Shown here: in pieces, positions 36,706 through 48,313 of the stretch
Position numbering within the stretch: position 1 is the first letter of the stretch
Layout of the letters: the number at the start of each line of letters is the position of its first letter
Source of the DNA: Octopus sinensis
Taxonomy: Eukaryota
DNA: 64,000 nt
Direction: 5' to 3'
NCBI RefSeq assembly: GCF_006345805.1
Contig: NC_043019.1
Span: forward strand, 30,255,360 to 30,319,359
Translations under genes and position numbers: made by a program
Notes under the pieces: generated by a model
Database searches by the model: none
What the model was told of the DNA's origin: nothing
Seen by the model: the letters and a program-made list of their open reading frames with translations, nothing else

Positions 36706-36843
36706 TTTCTCTCCCTATTTCTTTCTGTGGAAGAGTGTAGGCTTGAAATGTTAAAGACTTTTTCACTTCCCAAGTGTTAAGCTAATACATCTGTTTGTTG
36801 TCTACACCACCTGTCTTCGTCTTTTGTTTTTTTTGCGAATTCT

Positions 36844-36848
<5 letters not shown>
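36705..36848 (+). mobile_element. Probable Penelope-like terminal fragment with a decayed hammerhead-like motif
   Basis: TCTTT-CTGTGGAA-GAGT(GTAG)GCTT-GAAATGTT-AAAGA at 36720-36757, flanked by (TA)n on both sides. Confidence 0.35.
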
Positions 36849-36905
<57 letters not shown>

Positions 36906-37047
36906 ATGTATTTATGGAGGGAGAAAGGTTGATTTCTCAATGAATAAATACAATAACATCACTAATTTGACATTATGAGAAGAACAATCCAACAGGCAAG
37001 AATTTGGTCAGAAAATCACCAAGACCAAGAAAAGAAAAATCCTTTAA

Positions 37048-37264
37048 CCCTTTTGATTCTAACTCACCTGAGGTTACCTCTGATTCTATGATTGAATATT
37101 ACTGTATTAAAATGATCTAAATTAAAGCTTTCCCTCAGTTTCATGTTAAATTTATGATCCAAACACCATCTTAATGACAAAATTACTATACAAAATTCTT
37201 CACTGTCTGCAAACTTAATTGAAACAAAGAAATGCATTTGGACAGAAATATGGTAATGGAAGGG
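37048..37264. mobile_element. Older piggyBac-type MITE, P1-related (similar copies near 6080-6290, 7570-7740, 12735-12930; half copy 5905-6016)
   Basis: TTAA|CCCTTTTG start; the end GAAATATGGTAATGGAAGGG matches the left end of the 3809-4879 element. Confidence 0.65.
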
Positions 37265-37417
37265 TCAGAGATTCCCCGTTATCATTATACTATTTTCTAC
37301 CGAAAAAGAAAAAAAAAGTACAATATATGTTATTAAAATCCCACGTCAGAAGCAAACTTTAAAATACCCATACACAAATATGCTTATATAACGTGCTGTT
37401 CCATGAATGTATGTATA

Positions 37418-37453
<36 letters not shown>

Positions 37454-37582
37454 CATACATATACACACACTTTAATGCTCTAAAACTAAAGGTTAGATCT
37501 GGTCAAGCTGAAGGGAAAACAACAACAATAACTATTTAAAAATACTGAAGGCCAAGTGAATATACAGTTTATAATGTCTTAC

Positions 37583-37710
37583 CACTTGAAGTGCGCACAT
37601 TTCCTAGTTCCCCAATCCTGCTGCTTGCGTAATTCTCCACGAAACGGCCATCTATGGCACAACATCCCACAGAGGAACGTTTTTGCACTCATCTTTACAA
37701 ATGTCAACAT
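37583..37710 (-). CDS. Candidate alternative first coding exon (MLTFVKMSAKTFLCGMLCHRWPFRGELRKQQDWGTRKCAHFK + TG, phase 2)
   Basis: Donor GTG|gtaaga, in-frame TGA just upstream of the ATG, locally CpG-rich unique sequence. Confidence 0.45.
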
Positions 37711-38052
37711 GTATCAATAGTAATGTACTATTGGCACTGTTATGTTGAAACGATAAATAAAACGACACAGTTTCGTATTGTTTCTTTCGTTTGCTTCTTA
37801 AAAAACTTATTATTTTCAAGGACTGATTGTATTAAAATTCCAATAAATATCAAAATGTAAACCAAAAAAAAAAAAAAAGTGCTTTCAAATCGTCGACATG
37901 TTAAAGCACCATTGCTATTTCACATGGACGTTCGCTTTATACATGCAACCACCATCATGAGACGAATGCAGATGAGGTACTAACACAGAGTCACTGTAAT
38001 GAACCTAGAGCAATAACAATTAACAATGGTGGTAATTATTTAAAAAATAACC

Positions 38053-38061
38053 AGCCAATCA
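38053..38061 (+). promoter_or_regulatory. CCAAT box (AGCCAATCA), possibly serving the candidate 37710 first exon
   Basis: NF-Y consensus match ~350 nt upstream of the candidate ATG; a single motif only. Confidence 0.25.
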
Positions 38062-38152
38062 AAGCCATAAATGATTGATTGTAATTCTGCACCCAACCTA
38101 ACCCAACCAACTCTCTCTTTCTCATATACACACATACTTGTATTTATATATC

Positions 38153-38240
<88 letters not shown>

Positions 38241-38505
38241 CAATAGCTAGAGCTTTTCTAATCAGTCCTATTGGTCAGGTGTTTATAAATATCCCCCATG
38301 TTTACATAAGCCCAATGCTTTAATTGTAGCTATGGCAGGCAGACAATGAGTATTGATCAGGTTTGCAACAGTGTTTGTCATTATCTAATCTCAGATTACT
38401 GTGTAGAGTCAGGGCTTACTTCATCCTTTTACTCATCAAATAGTGGATAATAATAATAATAATAATAATGATGATATTCAGTAATCAACAGTAGAAGTTA
38501 TTCAG

Positions 38506-38539
<34 letters not shown>

Positions 38540-39073
38540 TGATAACGATAATAACCATAATCAGTAGCCACACTACACAAATATCATTAATAATAATTAT
38601 CACTTATAACAAAACAGGATTTCTGACATTGGCACAAGGCCATGCATTTAAAGGGGACAATTATCTGAATTGACCCCCCCCTACTCCAGCCCAAGACTAA
38701 CATCTGTTTTATCAACACTACCAAATAAAGTATTTATGTAATTGCTTTTGTTTAACCCCAGGTCAGCCTGGATCAAGCAGTCTTATGACGAAAGCTGATT
38801 TACAAACGCACCTCCGGCTCTATTTTTGTTTTTCAGGAAACCCAAGACCACATTATGTAAAGTGTCCTTATCTAAAAACAGCAGGTTGGGACTTGACACA
38901 GGTCTGGATGCTGTTTTTTGTAGGTCAAGCTAACCTTATTGGCTTATATCTATGTAGTTGCTTGGACTGCCAAAAATATCAGACAAATCTGATTTAAATT
39001 ACACAACTATTGATTTAAAGTTTAAAAAAAGACACATTGAATAATATCATCGTAGATACATTGACTGGCACTC

Positions 39074-39161
39074 TGTCAGTTCCAGTTGATCCGATCAATG
39101 GAACAGCCTCCTCGTGATGTCAGTTCCAGTTTATCTGATCAATGGAACAGCCTCCTCGTGA
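39074..39161. repeat. 44-bp tandem duplication inside a SINE C copy
   Basis: TGTCAGTTCCAGTT(G/T)ATC(C/T)GATCAATGGAACAGCCTCCTCGTGA twice. Confidence 0.9.
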
Positions 39162-40093
39162 AGTTAATGTACAAGTGGCTGAGCACTCGACAGGCATGTG
39201 TGCCCTTAATGTAGTTCTCAGGGAGATTCAGTGCGACACAGAATGTGACAAGGCCGATCCTTTGAATTACAGGTGCAACTCATGTTTGCCAGCTGAGTGG
39301 ACTGGAGCAATGTGAAACAAAGTGTCTTGCTCTAGGACACAACGCACAGCAGGGAATCAAACTCATGTATTTACGAATGTGAGCTGCTTACTCTAAGTAC
39401 TAAGGCACATGCCTTCATTCACAGAGACATTATGTCTAAAGAAAGAAAAACAAAACAAAACAATGGGTTGGTCATTGAGTAAAGATCTGAACAAGGGCTA
39501 ATTTACAAACAATCACAGAGACAGTATTAAAAAAGAAATAACACACATGTAAAACAATGAGTGTATGCACACACACACACATTCCAATTAGACTAGCATC
39601 AAAACTGATACTCGAACCCTGAGTCCACCTTTAGGCATACACAAAATAGACACCACAGTATTATCAAGCAATATATGGTATTTTAAATACCAATATTTGG
39701 GCTGGATACGGTTGGTTTAAACACTAAAGGGTTAAATGCCCTTGTCCAAGATGCCAAGCAGTGAGGTTGAACCCAAGAAACCATGGTTGCCAAACAAACT
39801 TCTTAACCTAGCCAATGGTTCCCAACCTTTTCACTATCAAGGACTCTTTTTATTTAAATGAGTTTTCTCACAGACCCCTTTTAATAACCTTATCCTTATC
39901 TGTGTATGTGTGTATATATATAAATAATTAGAAAATGAAAAACAGATTAACCAGCGCATCAATAGGACTACACTTTAAAGCATATTTATTGATACCAATT
40001 GTATATATGGATATTTTATCCCATAGCTGGTTACTACAACCGCTAACTCTCTTCGTATATTTATATATACACACACACACACACACACGTGTG

Positions 40094-40134
<41 letters not shown>

Positions 40135-40400
40135 CAGTTCGATGACTGGCATTCATGCTAGTGGAGCACTAAGAGCACCATCTGAGCGTAATCATTGTCG
40201 GAGCAACAAACTGGCTTCTGTGGTGGTGGCACGTAAAAGCACCCACTACACTCTCGGAGTGGTTGGTATTAGGAAGGGCATCCAGCTGTAGAAACTCTGC
40301 CAAATCAAGATTGGAGCCTGGTGCAGCCATCTGGTTTGCCAGACCTCAGTCAAATCGTCCAACCCATGCTAGCATGGAAAGCGGATGTTAAACGATGATG

Positions 40401-40438
<38 letters not shown>

Positions 40439-41012
40439 ACAGTAATACAGACCCCCAGTATTACCTTTGCAGACCACCAGGGGTCTGTGGACCACAGGTT
40501 GGCAACCACTGCACTAAGCCAACACACACCTTTCCTTTGCCTTTGTCATTCTCTTTTCTTCTACAAAAGGCCTTTCAGCATTTCTAGCAAAAGTTATTTA
40601 TAAGCTTTTTTTATCTTTAAACTCAGTGAATTTCTTTTTTTTCTAATCAGTCTATTATATTAAGTGGAGCACTTTTCCACATTTGAAACGAATGGCAATA
40701 TGATACTAGTCGCAACTTGAGAAGTTCAAACTTCAAAATAAAAACTATAGACTATTTCTTATATTGATTTCTTTATCATTTACTTAGTGAATCCAAGCTT
40801 TTATCTAATTATGTATATAACATGCCAGAGTGGTTAAAAAGCTTGTGTTTCAACTACATGGCTATAGGTTTGATCCCACCTCAAGCACCCCGGACAAGTG
40901 TAGTATGTTCTAGCCTTGGATTTCATCATCATTTTAATGTCCACTTTTCTAAGCTCGCATGGGTCAGATGGAGTTTACTGAGGCAGATTTTCTATGGCTG
41001 GATGCCCTTCCT

Positions 41013-41230
41013 ATTTCTTTACTACCCACAAGGGGCTAAACACAGAGAGGACAGACAAGGAGATAAAGTCGATTACATCGACCCCAGTGCGTAACTGGTA
41101 CTTAATTTATCGACCCCGAAAGGATGAAAGGCAAAGTCAACCTTGGCGGAATTTGAACTCAGAACATAACGGCAGACGAAATACGGCTACGCATTTCGCC
41201 TGGCGTGCTAACATTTCTGTCAGCTCGCCG
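41013..41230 (-). mobile_element. SINE family B copy with 22-bp TSD
   Basis: TCTATGGCTGGATGCCCTTCCT at 40991-41012 and 41231-41252. Confidence 0.9.
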
Positions 41231-41953
41231 TCTATGGCTGGATGCCCTTCCTGTCACCAACCTTCACCTGTTTCCAAATAAGGTAATATTTCCCTATGGC
41301 CAGATATGTTCTTGTACAATAATGGAAATGAATGACATAGCTTATAACACACACACACACGATAGGCTTCTTTTACATTTTCTGTCAACCAAATCTATTC
41401 ACAAGGCTTTGGTCAGCTTGAGGTTATAGCAGGAGACACATGCTCAAGGTGGCACACATTGGGACTGAACCCAAAAGCACGTGGTTGTAAAGCAAATGTC
41501 TTTACTACACAGTCACACAGACAATGAAACTTGGTAGACAAAATCTGTACACAAGAGCATCATGTTTATATACACATGTTGGTGTAAATAGTAGCACACT
41601 GGTTGTGAAAACAGAAGTGTAGGTTTGAGTCCTACATGTACAGAAAGCTCATATTTTTCTGTTGAGGGATTATATGCCCCAATATGAGATTATTTTCTTT
41701 AGTCAATACATGGTGGTCACTTATAAGCTTTAAGCTTAATAATATAATGAAATAATAAAATATATATATATATAAAAATTTATAAGTATAAATTAATAAT
41801 TAAAAAATTTTTTTAAATTTTAACTTTAAATTTAAATAATTTAAATTTTGAATTTTATATTTTATATATCTTGTATATTATATTAATTTTATTTCTATGT
41901 TTTGGTTTATGGTTTTCACTGATTTGCCTAATAGTGGTTTTATCTCTAATTTA

Positions 41954-41988
<35 letters not shown>

Positions 41989-43101
41989 TACATACACACA
42001 TGCATGTGTAAGAGATAGAGATGGGGAGTGAGTATATGTGTCTGAGCTTTCACCATCTATACTGAACATAGGTCTAAAAACTAGTGTTTATGTCGTACTC
42101 CTGTCTGTTATACCCCCACCCAAGTGGTTAAACAAGTTGGTAATTGGTAAAATGATTATCAGAACTATGTTAATATGATGACTGAAGATGCTCCAGCAAG
42201 GTACCCTGTGCAAGCACTTTCTACTCTTGTCATGAGCCAACCAAGTGAGTGAATTTCATGAGACAGAAACTGTGTGGAAGTTTGTTGTTTAACCCCCAGC
42301 ACAGCTCTTGACAACCAGCGTTGGTTTGTTCATATCCTTGTAGCTTAGTGGTTCAGTGAAGAGAGATTGACAAAATAAGTACCAGACTTAAAAATACTAT
42401 GGTCGATTTGAGTAAATCCTTTAAGGTAGTGTTGCAGCATGGCTTTAGTACAAGGACTAAATGGAGAGAGAGAGAGAGAGGGTGAGTGAGAGAGAGAGAG
42501 AGAGAGTGTGTGTGTGAGAGCCTTTTCTGAAGTCATATAGACGCATAAGGCCAGTATTTCCTGGTTTCTGTGCCATATATATTCCACGCCCTGGATGGGA
42601 TACCAGTCATTCACAGGGTTTACTCATTTTCGCCAGTTGAGTGAACTGGAGCAACATGAAATAAAGTGTTTTGCCCAAGAACACAAAGCATCGCCTGGTC
42701 CAGGAATCGAAATCACTGTCTTGCGATCGGGAGTGTGACACCTGTAACCACTAAGCCATACGCCTCCACATGTATATGCAAACATGGGTGTTGTTCGGAA
42801 ATGAAGAAGCCAGCTAAACAAAAGTGACGAGATTTTTGCTGGAAATCATTGAAACGGATTTAAAGACCAAAGGTTACGTTATCTAAGTTTGTCTTGTTTC
42901 TGAGGGCTGTCTTCGTGTTTCTGCTGTTTGTTCAGTACTTCATACAAAAGAAATGGTAACGGAACACTTTCCTCTCCATACCATCATCAACAACAACAAC
43001 ACCACCACCACCCTGCCACTCTCCCGTCAGTGTAAGTAGCTATCAATAATGTAAAATAATCAATCAATCACAGAAATAGTTAGAAATGGGGAAGTAAGGA
43101 G

Positions 43102-43148
<47 letters not shown>

Positions 43149-44407
43149 GGGGGAAGTTGGTTGGTTTAGTTTTTCTGTAATTAGCTAATGGACATTGAAT
43201 TAAATCTGTATGTATATCAATGTCAATTAGATATTAGTAGTCGAAATGGAGAGAAAAAGTAGAAAGAAAAGGAGGAAAAAAGAAAGAAATAGAAAGGAAG
43301 AACTAATATTTTCCATCTTTTCTGGAAACTTCTGATTATAAAAAAAGAATAAATAAATAAAAAAATCCTTGTTTTTAAAAAAATGAAACATTAAAACTCG
43401 CCCACTGTATGTGTGTCTATGCCCACAAGAATATGTAAAAGTGTGACTTGGTGATTTGGTGGAACTAGCAGTTGATAAAATAAAAGCCCAGACTAAAACA
43501 AGTGCTGGGGTGAATATGATCAACGGACGGAATCCCTTGAAAGTGGTGGCCATGTATGTCCCTGGGTTGATTCCTGAAGTGACTGGCAAAAGAATAAAAT
43601 AAAGAAAAAAGTCTGCCATCACTATATACTGTTACTTCTCCTCTCTCTCTCTCTCTCTCTCTTGCTCTCCTCACGTTGCTTCCTCAGTTGTTGTTTTGAG
43701 TGAAAGTACACATTGTACTGAATACTATGCTTTTATTTGTTCCAGTCATTTGATTGTGGCCATGCTGGAGTACCTCGAAGGATTTTAGTCGTACAAATTG
43801 AGCCCAGGACTTATTTCTTAAGCCTAGAACTAACGTGCTAACGTTTCTGCCGGCTAGCACCGCCTTTTTCTTTTTGTCACGACATTCTCGGAACCACTGA
43901 AGAATAAATTCAAAAGCAGCTCGATTTATATGAAGTAATTAATGTAGCTATTATAAACAAGATCCACATACTATCTTAAAAAAGACCATGTGGGGCGAAA
44001 TAGCATAATCTGTGACAACCTATCCAACCCATGCCAACATGGAAAAGGGAAGTAAAAATGATGATGGAATACATTATATACAGTAGAGGATGTTTATTAT
44101 AATCTCCAATAATGTTAAAGAGATTTTCTCCTTTTTCTTTATATGTCTTGTAACATACTCAGCAATTTCACTAGGTGCTGGTAGCACCTAGTACACACTG
44201 TAATATGGCTGATGTCATGAAGAGCATCCAACCATGGCAACCACACCAAAGCTGTCACTGGAACTTGGCATGGCCATGAAACTCATCAGATTCTGTCATA
44301 CTGTTCAACCCAGGCCAACATAAGAAATGGACGTGAGATGATGCTAATAATGATGATAATAACAGATGCTAAATTTTCCTAACATTAAATTATTTTTGAA
44401 AGAGTTC

Positions 44408-44492
44408 ATAGATAAATTTTTAATTATAGAAATAAATTTTTAATTATATAAATATAATATTATAGAAATAAATTTTTAATTATATAAATTAT
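44408..44492. repeat. AT-rich ~20-bp tandem repeat (TATAGAAATAAATTTTTAAT-like, ~3 copies)
   Basis: Direct reading. Confidence 0.8.
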
Positions 44493-44615
44493 AGTTTAGA
44501 TATGAGAGGTCTTCTATTAAAGACTAAGAAACAGCCCTGGATAGGTTGATATTGAAATGGTTAAATGTTGTAACGTAAAAAAAAAAGAATAAAAAACCCC
44601 AACTAATTCCACCAG

Positions 44616-44985
44616 ATGGTTCGGATTCTAATAGAATTATACCAAGAGAATGAATGTCTTCGAGAGAAATTCACTTTAACCACTACCAACAGCAGCGAAA
44701 ATGGAATTGAAATGTGAAATTATATTATGTCTGCAGCAGTGGAAAATTGAACGGAATCTGGAAACATTCATAGAAATACTTCAATGGAATCTATTCTATT
44801 TAACATGGAAATGAAATTGTCTTTTAGAATAGTTATTCCTTATATAGTCAGTCGTCCTGAAATGGTAACAAGACAACATGCTGAGGTTGAAGACAATTAC
44901 TGCAAACTTCTGGCAGTAATGTTGAATGGACGTTGCCAAATATATGGAATTATGAGAAAGAATTATGGCATTTGGACTGTCTCCA
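44616..44985 (+). pseudogene. Possible decayed MADF/Myb-SANT ORF (Harbinger-like or host-derived)
   Basis: Starts LIELYQENECL and later reads NYEKELWHLDCL, resembling the ends of MADF; middle disrupted. Confidence 0.3.
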
Positions 44986-45879
44986 TAATGGTCATTAACA
45001 CTCTCAGATCTATGGTCGTTGATTGTTGACGCTATTGTTGATCCTTAAGACCACAGAACAATGAACATCATGGCTCTATATATTAGACATTACACCACCT
45101 TCACAATCAATAATCATTATGCATTAACACACACATATGTATGCACACACACACACACAGAGGCTGTTTTGAGGTGGAGTGTACTCATAGTAAATACAGA
45201 CCTTGAATAACATAAAAAGTGGTTAAGTGAGGATCTGAAGTATTAGGACAGACAGAAGGAGCCGAACTCTTATTCCCATCATTCCATTCTTTGTTGAAAT
45301 ATTTATTCAGACATAAATGTTTAAATACAAACTGGGCTTATCATACTCTCGTCCCCACCTCTCCTCTGTAAGGCTAAAAGAGATTTGGGAATTATAGAAA
45401 TGAGCCACAGAACAGCCATCAAGAACAACCTTACACATGTATGTGTAAACATATTTAGATGACTATAGGCATAGGCAGGGGTGTGTGTGGTAAGAAATGT
45501 GCTTTCCAACCACACTGTTCTAGGTTCAGTCCCACAGCATGGCACCTTGAGCAAGTGTCTTCTATTATAGCCTTGGGTTGATCAAAGCCTTGTGAGTGGA
45601 TTTGGTAGATGGAAAGAAACTCTGTGTGTGTGTGTACCCCTACACCTACCACTGTTTGACAACTGGTGTTGATATGTTTACATCTCTGTAACTTAGCAGT
45701 TCAGCAAAAGAGACTGATAGAATAAGTACCAGCCATTAAAAACAGAAAAAAGTACTGTTCCTCAAAGTAGTGCCCCAGCTGGGTCACAGTCTAAGGATTG
45801 AAACAAGATATAAAAAAAAAAAATGGCTACTTTATACATACATCACAATTCTTTCATTTCGAGTAAGGAAACCACCCAC

Positions 45880-46052
45880 CTGCAGATAATTTGGGGGACA
45901 GGAGGAGGAGGAGGTGGAGGGCATATTGTACACATGCATATGAGCAGTGTAATGCGAGAGGCCCATAACCAGAGGAGCGGAACTGTATCAACAAAGAAGG
46001 GAAGCAGAATATGAAGAAACTCGACAACACAGATTACAGACTTACTTCTCAT
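45880..46052 (-). CDS. Candidate alternative 5' exon pair (46046-46052 and 45880-45982, 63-nt intron): MRIPLLWLWASRITLLICMCTICPPPPPPPVPQIIC, phase 2
   Basis: Donor GAA|gtaagtc, pyrimidine tract plus cag acceptor, second donor CAG|gtgggt; frame matches exon 31306. Confidence 0.45.
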
Positions 46053-46435
46053 TCTCTCTCTCTCTCTCCTATATCCCTCCCTACCTTGTCATTGCAGGTC
46101 TGTAAAAGATGGCAAGGGGGCACGATGAACAGACAACATCGTTGTTACGTCATAAAGACTGGTTAAGCTAAATGTGTATTGCTCTATCAGCGAAGAGACA
46201 GGTTAACCCTTTAGCATTCAGTTCACTCTGCCAAATGTAATGCATATCTATTCGCATTGTTTTGAATTATTCGTGCATTATTTCAGAGCTTGGAGATTTC
46301 GATTGTGTGATTTTCTGACATACAAGACAACATAATAATATATAGTGTGTAAACAAACACTCAAAACACATCGTCACTATCTTTCCAAATCCTGCTGCAT
46401 TTCACATGGATTTTTGGTTCCCCCCAAAGTCATTT

Positions 46436-46813
46436 TAGGGTGTAAGTCAGCCCACCATATTGGGTTACAAATTTTAGCTTGAAACATTCAACTTTTATGC
46501 CAAAAAAATTGGGTAGTCATGTTGTAAGGTCTCATAAATAAAACTTATACTGCTTCTTGTGATGAGACAGGGGTGGCTGTGTGGTAAAAAGCTTGCCTCC
46601 CAACCACATGGTTTTGGGTTCAGTCCCACCGTGTAGCACTTTGGGTAAGTGTGTTCTACTATAGACTTGAGCCAACCCCTGTCTCATCACAAGAAACAGT
46701 ATAAGTTTTATTTATGAGACCTTACAACATGACTACCCAATTTTTTTGGCATAAAAGTTGAATGCTTCAGGCAAAAACTTGTAACCTAAAATGGTAGGTT
46801 GATTTACACCCTA
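46436..46813. repeat. Inverted repeat: ~143-bp arms (46436-46578 and 46670-46813) around a 91-nt loop made of a SINE A head
   Basis: Base-by-base alignment of the left arm to the reverse complement of the right arm. Confidence 0.93.
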
Positions 46814-47632
46814 GATGGAACCTGAAAGAAGCTCATTGTATATGTATACATATATATATATGTGTGTGTGTATATTTGTGTCTGTCCCCCCACCATTGGT
46901 TGACAACTGATGTTGGTGTGTTTATGCCCCTGTAACTTTGCAGTTCGACAAAAGAAACCGATAAAGTACAAGGCTTACAAAAAATAAAGTCCTGGGGTTG
47001 ATTTGTTTGACTAAAACCCTTTAAGGTAGTGCTTCAGCATGGCCACAGTCAAATGACTGAAACAAGTAAAAGAATAAAATAATATGTTGTCACTTTACCT
47101 GTTAGTAACAACTGTCAAATCTCCCTCAAATCACACTCTATTGACAAATGAGACACACACACACGCAATTTTCTTTTAATATATCACATAATTTCAGGTT
47201 CTGCCTTATTGTGTGCTACCTTGGGCAAGTGTCTTCTATATATAACCTCAGGGTAACCAAAGTCTTGCAAGTGAAATTTAATAGACAGAAAATGTATGGA
47301 AAGCTATGGTATATATTGCAGCCTACCACACACACATGCATGTGTACGTAGGTGTTTGTTTCTGTGTGTCTTCACACTGATATTATTTGAGCAAAATATG
47401 TTAGAAATACGTCTGGTAGCCTGGCAGTTTCATCAATTTCAATATATGAAGAGCAGTGGAGCAAAATATGCTCTACTTGAAAAAGAAGGGTTGGCAACAG
47501 GAAGAGCATCCAGCCATAAAATACTACCCCAAGCCATACCAGCTTGGAAAAAGTGGAGATAGAAATGGTTATAATGATGATGACGATGATCATTATCATC
47601 ATCAACACTGCAACATCTGATCATAGCTATAT

Positions 47633-48041
47633 GTTAGTTAGTTAGTTAGTTAATTTGGCTCAAAAGCAAATAGCAAGGCCATGTAGGGGGACATGGAGTT
47701 AAGTACAGGGTGGTGTTCATGTAAAGAGTTCAGGCCACTTGAGGTCCAGGGAGGCTTTGAACAAAGCGGTCGTCGGCATCTTCACCATCTCGTCTGGCAG
47801 CTTGTTCCACGGATCCGCAACCCGGACGGAGAAAGCTCCTCTCCTTCGATTGAGATGAAATCGTCGCAGGTAGTGCTTTTCGGAATGACCCCGCAGCCGA
47901 CGCTCCGGAGCAGGAGTGAAGAACAGCTCTTTCGAGAGGTTACACTTCCCGCTTATGATGTTGTGGGCGAGAATGAGATCACCACGGCGGCGGCGTTTTT
48001 CAAGAGAATAAAGGTCGAGCGTCCTCAGCCTTTCTTCGTAG
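47633..48041 (-). mobile_element. 5'-truncated CR1-clade LINE, uninterrupted ORF2 C-terminus, (CTAA)n tail
   Basis: YEERLRTLDLYSLEKRRRRGDLILAHNII...FSVRVADPWNKLPDEMV...* (47717-48040), CpG-rich. Confidence 0.9.
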
Positions 48042-48098
48042 ATAAATATATGATAAATAAGGACTGATGGAGAAAGGAATATGAGTTAAATTACAATA

Positions 48099-48277
48099 GG
48101 CGCAGGAGTGGCTGTGTGGTAAGTAGCTTGCTAACCAATCACATGGTTCCGGGTTCAATCCCACTGCGTGGCATCTTGGGCAAGTGTCTTCTGCTATAGC
48201 CCAGGGCCGACCAATGCCTTGTGAGTGGATTTGGTAGACGGAAACTGAAAGAAGCCTATCATATATATATATGTATG

Positions 48278-48313
<36 letters not shown>

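Noticed and set aside
43227-43622. 131-aa hydrophobic ORF with a signal-peptide-like stretch and a strong upstream acceptor
   Set aside because: Much of the hydrophobicity comes from T-rich low-complexity DNA, and there is no convincing donor in a compatible phase.
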